DNA of 64,000 bases from Welwitschia mirabilis (lineage: Eukaryota), in the NCBI GenBank assembly GCA_051453625.1, contig JBOZIK010000001.1, positions 19,753,923 through 19,817,922 of the forward strand, read 5' to 3'. Numbering within the stretch: position 1 is the stretch's first letter; each line of letters opens with the position of its first letter. Below the pieces are notes generated by a model. The model was not told where the DNA came from, searched no databases, and saw only the letters and a program-made list of their open reading frames with translations. Positions 13,440 through 26,929 of the stretch are shown here, piece after piece. The translations under genes were made by a program, and so were the position numbers.

Positions 13440-16400
13440 CCAATAGTGATGGAATTGTCAGGTACCAAATCTTATGTGGAATCAATGAAGGGAAGTAAGC
13501 CTCAAAGATTTTGTAACTTAGACTTTAGCTTCAAGCAAAAAGAAAATATTATCCATGCAAAGATGCCCATCAACTACTCTAGGCATTGGAGGCTTATTTT
13601 AAAAACAAAATCATTAGTAAGTTTCCATATTTAGGAGGGCTTCTATTCATTGAAAAAATGCATCTATAACGTAATTAAAAGTTCGTACAAGTTGTAAGGT
13701 AACCCCTTTTAGAAATGAGTTATTACATTTTATTTTTTTTATTTTGAATAAGAAATAAATTAGTTCTTAGTAGAAGGGACTTATTTCTTTGATTGTAGTG
13801 ATTTAGCCCTAACTAAATGATCTCCTTTCATTCTTAACAAATCCACTATTTTTGAAAAGATCACAATGTGTTTCTATGTGAAAATCATATCTAAAAATAT
13901 GACATCTATAAGCAACTAGGTCATATGTTAAGAGAGTTTGTTAAGCTTAACAGGAATACAGATTTAATGGCAAAATTGGTAATAGTCAGAATATGTCTCT
14001 ATGTGAAATCAGATAGCTTCAAAACAAAAAAATTAATACTGAATACTATGTGGGAAAAATTAGTTTTTAACTTAGAGATTAAAAACATTTCATTGCAATG
14101 TTCAAAGTGCAATAAAAATTGGCATATGATGAAGGAATGTAATAAAAATGAGAAAGTCCAAAAACAAGGACTAGTAAGAAGTCAAGAAAAAAGATTGTAA
14201 AAATAGATTAACTTTAACTCTAAATAATAATTTAATTAAGTAAGAAAATAAATACGATATTCTATCAGAAGAAGAGCTAAAATAGATGTAAAAAAGGAAA
14301 TAAGAAATGAATGAAAAATAGGTGAAGATGAAAAATAGTAGACAAAGAACATTTACAATGTGCGAGAACACTCTTTGAAAATACAACATCGTCAGAAGTG
14401 GAAATGGATTAGGATTAAAGATAAAATAATAACACTATGAAGGAGTATGTTTTTGATGTGCTAGAAGCAAGAAAAAGTGGAAAACATGGGTAGGTAAACA
14501 AAAGAATTAGAATGAAAACCCGCAAATTTAAAATTGAGAAGGAGACAAAGGAGGTTATTTAAGATGGTAAGCAATCTCAATTCTCTTTTTAATGATTATT
14601 TTTTAGAATTGTAAAGGCCTTGGAAATGGTTAGAAAATTTTGCATCTTTGGAGTTTTTTGAAGAACTCACTAGTATCTATGTTTCTTCATTAAGAAACAA
14701 AATTAGATTTTATAGTAATTAGTCCTTTTTATACAAAGTTCTCTTGATCCTTTATTTTGGTTTTAAGTATGTGCATAAAAGAAGGATAATTAATCCTTTG
14801 GATGCATGATAGAATTACTACTACTAGTAAAAGTAATAATTATTTTATAGTTAATTGATTTTTAATGATAACAAAAGAAGAATTACAAATTTCTGTGGAC
14901 ATTGGGATGTAGACCAAATACTACAATGCCTATGTCACATTATCTTAGATTCCATGTACATTATCATGGAAGATTTTAATTAGATCTTCAGTCCTCACGA
15001 GAAATTCAATAATGTTTATATCCTTTCTATTATTAATATTTTTACTAGGTGTTTTAATAAATATGATTATAAAAATCATTTTTTACATAAAGCAACCTAT
15101 AGTTGGAGTAATCGTAGTGAAGGGTAAAATCTTATTATGTCTAGAATTGAAAGATGCCTGGTTAAAAATTTGAATGATCATTATTTTCTCAAAGAAAAAG
15201 TAAGATTCTTTTCTAATCATAGATCTTCAGCCCTAACTATGAATTCTCTCAAGAATAAATTGCTTTTGAGATTTAAGCACACCTAGCTAAAAGATCCAAA
15301 CTTCATTGATTTCGTTAAGACTACTGGAAATGCTATGGTGGAAGGTTCTTTTACTTGCATATTATTTAAAAAGATTAAAATGTTAAGACATAAGTTAATC
15401 ATATAGAAGAGAGAGTTAATGAATCCTTTAGAAATGTTAAAAATCAATTACTGGAAGAGCTTACTATTATCCAAAATACCAATGAGATCACTATCTTAGA
15501 TATAGGTTATGAAAATTACCTCATCTTGTAAAATTCATGGCATATCCTTAAAGGAAGAAATCTATAGAAATAAAGATCTAAAATTCAATGCTTAAAGGAA
15601 GGTGATCATAATACAAAGTTATTTTTCCATATTTCTAACAAACACAGACAAAAAAATCACATACGTAGAGGATGTCTATAATGTGCTAAAAAAACCAATA
15701 AAGGTTTCTTAATGTTTGCAAGTAGACTTCCTTAATGCTTATATTAGGTTTTCTTTTAATTTTAATTAGACTATTAAAAATATTTAGCCTCCCTTAGTAA
15801 GAAAAATTACAACTCAATTGACCAGATGGAACAAAAAATTTCTTTCAAATGTAGGAAAAATCCTTTTAGCAAAATCTTGTCTGGCAAGCATGACTATATA
15901 TCCTACTAGTTACTTTCTTATTTCCAAAAACTTTTCTAGCTTGATTGATAACATTATTAGATATTTTATTTGATTAGATGGCAAGTTTCATAAGAGGCTT
16001 TATCTTATAAATTTTGAACAAATAGCTATGCCAAACAAAGTAGGTGGTCTTGGAGTTAGAAAGACCTTGGATATAAATAAATGCATTATCATTAAGCATT
16101 ATTGTAAATTTTATTTAAATAATAGTATTCCTTAGCTAAATTTTTTTAAAAAGCATTATAGAAACGAATAAAGACATTCCATTTTCTAGAGGTAAATGAT
16201 TCACTCTACAAGAGAGGTTTGACCATAGGTTTTTGAAAATCAAACTCTTTCCATTTAAAATGGTAAAATAAGCATTAGCCATAGCTAGAATAAATTATAA
16301 AAGTTTGATATTCCTAATAAAATTAAGATGTTGTGGTGGTATATATTGAAAGGTTACATTTCAATAGCGGATAAGATCATCCAAAGAAATTTAAAAGTTA

Positions 16401-17840
16401 ACCAAGGCTATCCCATATGTTATGAAGATAATAAGTCTTAATATCACTTATTCATTTAATTTTCATTTGTAAAAGATCTTTAGAGAGCCTTGAATATATA
16501 TATTTCATATCTTGTTAGATTGGATGCTTTTTATTCTTTTATAAAAAAATAACTTCATAATCATTGGGGCTTGGATTTTATGAAAACATAGATGCAATAT
16601 TATTTTTTAATAAGAAAAAATCTCTCTCTCAAAAATAAAATATAAAAATTATTTAGCATATTAGAGAATTGAATTAGATCCATGTCTAATAAAAAAAGAG
16701 CTTGCTAAAATCTTGCAAACAAAATTGAGTTTAATTTATAGATTATTTATAGCAGAGAGTTTCTCAACCACATTAGGAAGAAGCATTAGAACCATGCTAG
16801 AGCACTTACAATAGTCATAATGAACTAGAAGAAATGGGGAAGACCTTTAGGACTAAACTAGCTAGGCATGTTATGTTGTTAAACCATGTTCAAACTTGGG
16901 AAGTCTTCCTAGTAGTAAAATGGAATTCCTATGTTCTGAGCTTTAAAATCCATGATTTAGATCTTTCAAAGGAGTTATTCAGAAACTAGAATGGTAGATC
17001 TACCAACATAAGTAGCACTATCATTTTCATTGATATTTCTGCTATTAGTGATTTCATCCGCACATGTTCTCAGGATATTAAGCTCAAAAGGAATGCTTCT
17101 AAAGCATTCATAGTTCCACAGTTTTAAAGATTAATATGGAAAACTTTATGCAAGAGAGGAGGAAGCTACATAAGAAAATATCTTCCAAGGCCTTTTGGTT
17201 CTTGAACTACTCTAATCATAAAATACTTCACCTTGGAAGGCTGCTTTTATAAAATAAATAATCTTTACTTTCACTTCCTATCTGTCATGATAGGGGAATG
17301 TTTAATAGATCTCCTCTTCTTTCGTTCAAATTCTCTCCATCATTCTCTCTAAAGTTGCAAGGTAATACATGAAGAAGTATGGCTTCTTTACTAAAGAAAA
17401 ATGTATATAGCTGTTGGAATTTCAGGTCAGCAAGACATCCCAAGGAAGCCTATCTAATAATCATTGTTGTAAAATCTTCCCAAATATAGCTAGAGTGATA
17501 AAGAGAACAACCTTTCCATGCTTTTTGAATACACTGATGATGCATCAAAAGAGCAAAAATATCAGTCTAATATGTAGGAAATCAAATACCTTAGAAGATA
17601 AAAGAAGTAAAATAAAAGAAAACTAAACCCATTATTGTCAATCGGCTTATATGCTAATTTACTGCCTATATCTAATTAGAATTAGGAACTAGGGTTGACT
17701 ATATTAAATGATTATGTTTGAGGCTTTGATTACCAACACGATTTATATAGATCTTGGAAAAATAGCTTTTAAGCTATGTTGTATCTCCTCTTCTATTAGA
17801 TTATAATATAATATGTATTTACCATTTCTTTAAAAAAATT
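13440..17840 (+). mobile_element. Degenerate L1-clade LINE (ORF1, endonuclease, C-terminal zinc finger region) with RT core deleted
   Basis: ORF1: VRICLYV and zinc knuckle CSKCNKNWHMMKEC (ORF 13925-14200). ORF2: F*NCKGLGN (~14602), WSN..SRIERC, KEGDHNTK..FH (~15595), KYL-LPL (~15778), GGLGVRK (~16043), KIKMLWW. Short A-run at ~17832. Confidence 0.85.
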
Positions 17841-19418
17841 TAATTTATTAATAACAAATTATTAATCATTATTAAAGTAATATTGTTGGCATGAGATTAG
17901 GAAGGTAATTTATGAATGAATGAATTGTCTACATCTTTGACTTAAACTTATGTGATTTTAAAAGTTTTGTTATACTTATTCTTCTATAATTGATTTTCCT
18001 TTTACTGTTATGTATATTATATCAATAAATGTTTTTGTCTTTATATCATGTTTTATCAATAGAAAAGGCTACATCTTCCAAACGAAAAAAAAAAACATTT
18101 TTTGTATCTCATTGATCAAGTTAATAATAACTATACCAATTATGTTAACTTATTAATAGGTTAATCTCAATAATTTCACATTTACATCAACTATGTTTGA
18201 AACTATTATTTAAGAAATATTAATTTAAATTATAAATTATTAATTTTAATCTTTTTTTCTTTGTTATATTATAAAATTATGATCTATAATGCAAACTGAA
18301 TATAAGAGTAAAAATATTAGAAGACTTAAGACTAATTCATTAAGTTAGCCTAATACTAGAATATGCATTTTATACATTTTTATCTCTTAATTATGATTAT
18401 TTAAAATTAGGATATTCTTATATATGATACTATAACATATTTTCATACTATTTTATAAGTTAATTTTATACTATCTATAAGTAAAAGTAGAAATCATAAA
18501 GCCCATTTCAGATTTTCTTAAGAAGCATAGTGTGATGCTATAATGACCTAACATATTAGCATAATGGTAAGTCAAAAATTTATCATATAATTTCATAATT
18601 TTTAGTTAATTTATCTTTAATTAATGCTTTCTCTCAGGATTAATAAACTTTATTATGTAAATAAATTTTTATTTAAAACATTTTTTGAGCCATAAGTTTT
18701 TAATATATAAAACTAAAAAAAGTTAATTTACATGGTTGAAATCTAAAAACCTTTTGTTATTCAGGTGTAATTTGTATTATTTGCTCTTTAATGATATTTT
18801 GCGATTATAATACCTTTATCTTTACTTCATAGGATTATTTGTAGTAACATGTAATATTATAGTTATAGTGAGTTATAACCTCAATTCTTGTTGACATGTG
18901 TTCAAAAGGAGTATAACTATAATGATGAAAATTTAAAGAAGTTATAAGAAAATCATGGAACTGTGTACTATCTATTAGTTAGTTAACAGAATTTACTTAG
19001 ACATTTTAACTTAATAGTAGAACATGAAATGATATGATTCATTTTACATTCAAAAGATGCATTCTTTCTAAATTTGTGAAATACTGTAAAATGAAGGTCA
19101 TCTATTTTCAAAATCATATCTCACAACATCAAGATTCATCTAAGAGGAGAATAAGAATAAGTTTGATAAAATACTTAAAGCTACATAGGCCTAAGATTAA
19201 AAACTTAGGCAAGTGATTCATCCATGAACCACCTATCTATCAACTTATCAAAATATCATTTATAATAATGTTTCATTAGTAAATTATTAATTTTTTAATA
19301 AATTATTAATACATTTAGTTTACATTAAAATATTACTTTACCTCTACCTATTATTTCTACAGTTGATAAAGTAACCTAAAATTTCAACATTTAGTTCTAA
19401 AATCATAAATTTCCCACA

Positions 19419-20330
19419 TGGTATCAAATATCTTTCACTTTATTTGAAATATAAGATTACATCATTTTTACTTTAGAAAATTTTAATAATGTATTAGAGT
19501 TAAAGGTTGTAGCTCCAAGATGTTAAAAACAAATTTGAAAAATCACTAGGTTCAAAGTGAAAGATTATACATCTAGAATATTTAGAATAAACATAATAAA
19601 ATAGCAAATTCATGACTAAAGGTTCTAGTGCTAAAGACAAGCCTAATAAAACCTTAAATTCAAAAGATAATGATTATATGCTAAAATAAAAATGATAATA
19701 GAAAAGAACTTTATTAATGAAAAATTCAAAAATTACACTAAGTGGTTGTAATAATTAATGAAATGAAATAAATTAATTTCTTTTAGTAACCAATGTGATA
19801 GTAAATTTTAAGTTATAATTGTAGTTATAGTTTAAACTAATATCATAATGATGTATCTTAATTAAAAAAGTATAGGAGGAAGGAAATGAAATTATTTTCA
19901 TCTAGTGCTAAGGCATTAAAGTGTAAACATTAAAGTACTTAATTTTAGGAGAAGATAGTTCTTATAAGTGTTTTACATTCATGTCTCGTTAGAAATAGAA
20001 GATGTTATTATTAATGATTAGTGTGACATAATACTAGTTGATGAAAAGAAAGGTACAAACTAGAAGAATTAAGACTAAGATCTCCATAAGGTTAGAAGTA
20101 ACTGCCAATTTTCTAGTTAAAGAACTATGATTTAATATTTTAGACGTGTGAACTAATCAATCAAGCTTAATAGGATATATGAAGTAGGAATGTTAGAGAT
20201 GTTCTATAAAATGTCTATGGAAATATTTAGTTATGAAGCTATAAACTAAGAAGTTAATAGCATAGTTGATGTCATGTTATTATTTTTTAATGAAAATAAA
20301 GTTTTTCAACTGTTAAAGTATTAAGAATAA
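19419..20330 (+). mobile_element. Possible LTR-retrotransposon remnant (PBS plus eroded gag/protease, CRM-like gypsy?)
   Basis: ...CCCACA followed by TGGTATCAAA (Met-i PBS-like) at 19419; DVIIND*CDIILV at ~20001 resembles chromovirus protease VIIDxGSCxN. Confidence 0.3.
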
Positions 20331-22099
20331 AGGCCAAAATATACTAATAAGCCATAATTTTCTCTTCTATAGAACATGATGATTTTGTTTCTCCTCTTTG
20401 CTTCTTAAAATACTATTAAATAATCCTCCTTGTATTTTCTTTAATGAATAATATAAAAATGTTTTAAAAACATAGATTTTCCAAATCAATAATTTATAAT
20501 TTCCCAAATTTAGTAATAAATAGTTTTATTAGATTAAAAAAAGAAAAATTTCATGAAATATCTAAATTATTTTGAATTCGCATGGTCAAATCTATTTATG
20601 ATGTCTATAATAATATTAATAGTATACATGTTTTACCTTTTTCTATTATAAAGATAAGCCATATAAATTTGAAGTGTCATGATTCCTATTAAATAATTAG
20701 AAAGTAAAAAATATTAAACAAAGAAAGTTAAATATAAAAAAAAGCATTATCTCATGAATTTCACAATGTAACCTACCCTATTGATCATGCAATAAACTCT
20801 TGGTCCATTGATTGTGAGCTATTATAGGTCAATCACACATGATAGCTAGAGTAATTAATAACTAAAGTGTTTTTCATCTATATCATGTTGTGTATTTGTA
20901 ATAGCTACAACTTCAATTACCATTAGAGCCCTATTACTCATCCATCATAGTGTGATAGCATTAAAAAGTTGAAAAACAATATAAAAAATAATGAAAGATA
21001 AAAGCTCCTAATTTCTTTTCGTTTATTACCTATGTAAACTGCATCCTCTATTATGATATAAAATTACTACTTTTTCATCTTATAATAAATCCTCTCACTA
21101 GATTTAACATGTTCTAATATTTCATCCTATTAGTAAAGTTCTATTTTGTATCTTTTTCATACTTTATTGTATTTTGAATTCTCAAATTCTCTTTTTTTAT
21201 ACTAAAGTAGGGTTTTATTAAAGATTTATTTTAAAACTTATTTTAAACTAGCTAATAAGAGAATTTTAATCCTATCCCCACCAATTTGAATTTTCTATTT
21301 CTAAAATATGCATTATTGTAAAGTTAAATCTATAGAAAATAAGAGAGAAATAAAATTCTAGGGTCTGGTCTTTAGAACAAAGCCATCTTTCAAATCACTT
21401 CATCTCTTTCTTCTTTTATTTTATTTTTTTAGGTCTTTTTCTATTAAATTTTAACACATAAATATATTTATTGGGATTTTTGTACTAACATGAAGGATGT
21501 TGATGATAATTTCATGTTTTTATAGGATAAATAAGCCACCTATAGTAGATGAGTTAGAGGAAGCACCACTATGTATTCTAGTTTGAGCCCCTTAGTAAGG
21601 TTTTTACATCTTCTCCTATTACACAGATGCCATTAGTGTGCTATTTTATAAAAAATAGATAATAAAAGAAGAATATATTAAGAGGAATCAGTTATCATAA
21701 AAAAATATCATTTAGTTTTATTAAAAAGCATTAGAGAAGACTCAATGAAAAACATGATTCATTGTATCTTAGCATGATTTGTGTGATCTTGTCATAGAGA
21801 AAATCATCTAGACCTTGTCATAGAAAAAAAATTATCTAATATAGGTAATAGAATTATACAACAGAACAAACATTAATATGCTATACTATTAATAAAGATC
21901 CAAACTAATCAAAGAGAAAAATAATTATTAAATCATAAGTTAGGCACATAGAAATAGAGGTTATAGATAAGTTCCTTTAGATGTAGTTTAGTAATCCTAA
22001 TTAAGAAATAAGAATATATATAAATAGTGGTACTAGACCAAAAAAAAAAAAAAATAATTATTAAAATCAAAAATTGAAGATGAGGAGTCTTTTAAGGCT

Positions 22100-22479
22100 T
22101 GATATCTATCATTTAAGAAGGGCCTCTCTGTTCAAGCTCTAAATCCTTTGGATCATGTTTTGTTCAAGCTAGTAGTCCTTAATGTCCACCCCATAACCTA
22201 CATTAGTAATCTAGTGATATTTCATACTAGGATGATCTTAGCTTTATAAAATAAAAAGCCTTTTAACTTTGTGTATATCATTTTAAATTTATGAAATATG
22301 CATTTTAGCACCATATCATTTTCTTTTCTACTTGATGTTATTTTGAAAACAAAAAATGTGTCTGAGCACACACATGAGTCTTCAATGAAAATAATAATCT
22401 TAACTAAAAAGGATCTCATCAAAATTCATCTTACATAAAGGAGGGGAATAAAACCTCTAGATCCATCATATCCATAAAT
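22100..22479 (-). mobile_element. Possible LINE RNase H-like fragment interrupted by element A1; may continue at ~30850-31050
   Basis: The minus strand reads PPLCKMNFDE (cf. PP..W.K.NFDG of plant LINE RNase H-like domains) at ~22445-22416. Confidence 0.35.
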
Positions 22480-22484
22480 AGATA

Positions 22485-23931
22485 CATTGGTAAATCTAGT
22501 TTTTATAATTTCACTTGTCAAATATTTTATGTTAATGTGTAGATATGTCAATAAACATTGATTGACCTTAGACTATAATGGATCTTCAAAGACAACATCA
22601 CATGAAAAGGATTAGTTGACAAGATATAAAATCAATTGCTTAAAGACATCTATGAAATTAAAGATGTCTTGAGTAAAAATGTCTATGAAATTGAAGAGTC
22701 TCTATGTATTATAAATCAAGTCACAGGATAAAATACAACTACCATATTTAAGATAATTAAGCTAAAAGTTAAACTTGACATAGATGAAGATGTCTACATA
22801 TTTTAAGACATCTATATTGAGTCAAAACAAGTAATAGAGTTAATTTGGTTTTTAACTAATATCTTACATTTTAGATGAACTGTGAACTTGTATCTTTCAA
22901 ATTCACGGTTATAGAGATCCAAAAATACTATAGACCAAAACTCATCAAAATTAGGATAAGTTAACAGAAGACATCTACAAAAGTTAAGAAATCTCGGACA
23001 AAATTTCATATCAGTAAAAAATAAAGTTACGTGTCTAATTCCTAGACATTTCCTATTTGTTACACAATGGTTACAAAATCAAACAACTACCTTTCAAGAT
23101 TAAACAACTAGATCTTCTTTGATTATATAAAGGCTTAACATGATGAAAACGAAGAAGCCTTTTTTTAAAACTACAGTGTATACTCAGCTTTTAAATCTTG
23201 GTACATAATAATCAAATCAAAATCAAAGGATACATAAGTGTAAGAAACTTTTCACGGAGAATAAAAGGCATCATTTATAAATAGCTTACATTACTTTTAC
23301 CATTTAATCTTGGATGGACATTGATGTTATCTTCATGCATACTCATAACTATAATGACAATATCAAGAAGCTTAAATCTTCATCAAAGCAATATCTTTAG
23401 GCTTTTTGTTGTATTATACTTTTAATTTTACATTGTGAACTATGTTATTATTGAATATTATTGTAAGTCCATTCTTAAATATCAAATACTTTGTAAGGTC
23501 ACCCTTAGAGGGGTGTGCATTAGATATTATACTTTAAGGCACTTGTTTTATGTAAGATTATTGGTGAGCCAGAAAACCATTATTTCCTTGTGAGAAAGAG
23601 AGTGATGCCTTTTGAGAAGACTTTCACTATTCTAAAGGTTGATGATGTGCTTATGAAAACCACTATTCCCTTAAGAAGGAGAGAGTTCTATCTTACAAGG
23701 AGACTTTCATTTTTTATTTAGTTGGTAGAGCACTAAAATACCACTATTTTCTTACAAGTTAAGAATATTCAGAGGTGTGAGTAGAAGCTATCCTTTATGT
23801 ATGAATGTACCCAGGTTATAAGCCCACATTATTTGATAAGATGTTTTTATGGTACATTTTCTTTTTTTTATTAGTTTATCTTTACTTGGTGAAACTAATT
23901 CACCCCTCTTCTCTAAGTTTAATTATTTTCA
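22485..23931 (+). repeat. 5' LTR of A1
   Basis: Starts CATTGGTAAATCTAG (decayed TGTTGG), ends TTTTCA just before the PBS; collinear with the other five LTR copies. Confidence 0.92.
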
Positions 23932-23982
23932 AGTGGCATCAGATTGGGTACTTATGAAAAGGAGTAACTTCCTTAAGTGAAC

Positions 23983-26000
23983 AATGGAAGGGATGTCATC
24001 ATTAAACATCTGCTCTTTGATGGGGAAAACTTTGCCTATTAGAAGATAAGGATGTGAGTGTACTTATAGTATTTTGAGTTTTAGATATGGTAGAGCATAG
24101 AAGAAGGCTACACAAATCCTATGAAGAATTTTATAAATGTTGCAAGTAATACCATTACTCAGATCAAGAAAAGGAAAGACCTGATAGATGAAAAAAGATA
24201 CTTTATGTATGACTCTAAATCTAAGAATGCACTTTATTCTACTTTATCTCTAAATCTAAGAATGCACTTTATTCTACTTTATCTATAAGAGAGTTTAATA
24301 GAATAGCAAGCCACAAGATAAAACAATAAATATGAAATGTTCNNNNNNNNNNATGAAGGCACTTCTATCATGAAACAATCTAAGCTTCTAGTTTAGATAA
24401 ATTAATTCAAGAATCTCAAGATGAACCATGGAGAAAGGGTTCATGAGTGCTTTATTAGAGCTTCAAACATTGTGAAAGCAATACATGGCATTAGAGAATA
24501 TCTTTCAAAAGCAAAGATAATATAAAAAGTTATTAGGTCACTAACCTTTGAATATAGATCAAAGACTACAACTATGGAAGAATCTAGAGATTTCAATTAA
24601 TGAATATAGAAGAGATACACAGTGCTCTTACATCATACAAAATGAATCTCATACAAGATGAAGCTTTGAAAGAAAAACCTATTGCACTTTAAGGTAAGCC
24701 AAACCATAAATTAGAGATCAAATCAAAAGATGAATGAAGAATAGAAAGAATAAGACTTTAATAATGAAAATGAGAAACTCATGTTCATTATAAAAAGAAT
24801 AAAGAGACTTCTTGCATGAAAATACAATAAAATGGAAGACTTCAATAAATAATCAAGTTTTCTAGCTAATGCTAAGTCAAAATATAAGTCTTCTATTAAT
24901 GCTTCTTTTCCTAATATTTTAAAAGTGGAATGTTGGGTATGTGGAGGACAAGAACATATAGCCTTGAAATACCTTAGTACTAACAGATTATAGGATAAGA
25001 AATAAAAGAAAGAGTCAAAGAAGAAGAAATCATCTTTATAAGATGGAATGATGATGAAGATATAATAGAAGAAGAAACATTTGATAATGAGAAAGTACAT
25101 CCTTCATAGATGTCCATTACACACTTTCAAAAATAAGATAATGAGACANNNNNNNNNNNNNNNNNNNNNNNNNNNNNNNNNNNNNNNNNNNNNNNNNNNN
25201 NNNNNNNNNNNNNNNNNNNNNNNNNNNNNNNNNNNNNNNNNNNNNNNNGAAAGAGTCAAAGAAGAAGAAATCATCTTTATAAGATGGAATGATGATGAAG
25301 ATATAATAGAAGAAGAAACATTTAATAATGAGAAAGTACATCCTTCATAGATGTCCATTACACACTTTCAAAAATAAGATAATGAGACAAAAGGAGAGTA
25401 TGATTTAGAAAGTGAAGATGATTTAGGTATGAGAATTTAAGAAAAGTACATTATAATTTCTAAAAAATTTATTAATATACAAAAATTATGCACTAAAATG
25501 AAAAATCTACTTCATACTCATAAAAAGCATATGAATAATAAAAGGATGCTTGCAAAAATTTATCCTCTGAAAACTCAGATCTTAAAGCCAAGGTTGGTAG
25601 TGTAACATATGAATTGGAGAATGTTAGTTAAGAACTTTCAAATTCAAAGAAAATCATTAAAATATTTACCCAAGGAAAAGAAACTTTGAATGTCACATAG
25701 TCCCACTTGTAAAGAAAAAATTCAAGTGGCAAGAGTGGCTTGGAATATGATGAATCCAAATTAGCATTTTAGTCTCTCTATATGAAAAGTGGAACTACAT
25801 GACAAAGTATGAACATTTGACATTTACCAATAATATTATTTACTATTATTATCTTAATAAAGGTCATCGTTAGAATAGATGTTCAATGAAAGTTAAAGAC
25901 AAGTATTATATTAACAATGCTAAAAGGCCCAATAGAATTATGTGTAGGTTAAACAAAGAAATGTTTAGATACCAAAAGCAAAATCAGCACTTCTAACACA
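23983..26000 (+). pseudogene. gag: Decayed Sirevirus-type gag (UBN2-like capsid, zinc knuckle, coiled-coil tail)
   Basis: MEGMS..LFDGENFAY*KIRM, KVIRSL....SKTTTMEESRD, and knuckle ECWVCGGQEHIALKY (~24928). Confidence 0.85.
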
Positions 26001-26929
26001 AACCGCTTCATAAGAAAAATCAAAGAAGTAAAGTATAGGCATGAAAATAAGAAGAAATCAATAAAGAACAAGAAATATAACAAAGGCATGTCAATACAAG
26101 ATACTATTAATCTTCTTGATTCTAAGGTCTTAAAATCTCAAGGTAATGAAAGATATATTAAATCATATAGGAACTTGAAGATTAAACATTATCTAATTAG
26201 GTAAGTAAATAGGTAATATCCTTTAATCTCTTAACTTTATACTGCATTTATCTTATGAGTTGAGATTGCAATTAGATGTAGTTGGTATAGTTAAACTTAA
26301 ATTATGTGTGTGATATTTATCTTTTTTAAAGTATTATTATGTTTGTATTAGTCATAGATCTTTTAAAAAAATCTATAACTTTCATTATAGACATCTTCAG
26401 TTTTATAGAAGTCTCTGGTGGACACGTCTTAAGATTTGTAGACATCTTGAAAGTAAATGTCTTGAATTTGATATATGTCTTAAAAGGATAGGTATGTTAT
26501 TGTATCTTTCTAAATTAGATGTCTTGCATTTTGTAGATGTCATAGCAGGAAGAAAATGTATTGAAAAGTTTTTAATAAGAGATGTCTTTGAGTTTTTAAA
26601 CACCTACTTTTTGCATTTTAGATGTCTTACAGATTGTAGATTCTTAATTATGCTATTACAAAAATTAAAAATGGACTAAAAATAGGGTTTTAACCCTTTT
26701 AATTTGCAAAAGAAACCACAAAATATTATTTTTAAGTCCTTAGTTAATAGCAATCTCTCTCAAAATATTTTTTAGAATTTATTTTCTTAGATTTCTCTAC
26801 CAAAACATCTTGGATCTCTAAGACATCTTAACATCACATAAGAATAGGGTTTTCTCTTAAACATGTGTATATTTTTCATATTTTCTTATATTCTAGTTGA
26901 TCTTTTACCAGTTTTTCATATTATCTTAT

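Noticed and set aside
24214-24286. 36-bp perfect tandem duplication in A1 gag
   Set aside because: Single copy in A2 and close to a gap; local slippage or artefact, not an array.
25009-25388. Apparent direct repeat flanking a 100-N gap (similar at 44001-44255, 3498/4117 and 59568/59678)
   Set aside because: Near-identical sequence on both sides of a gap indicates unmerged contig overlap; A2 has a single copy of this gag segment.
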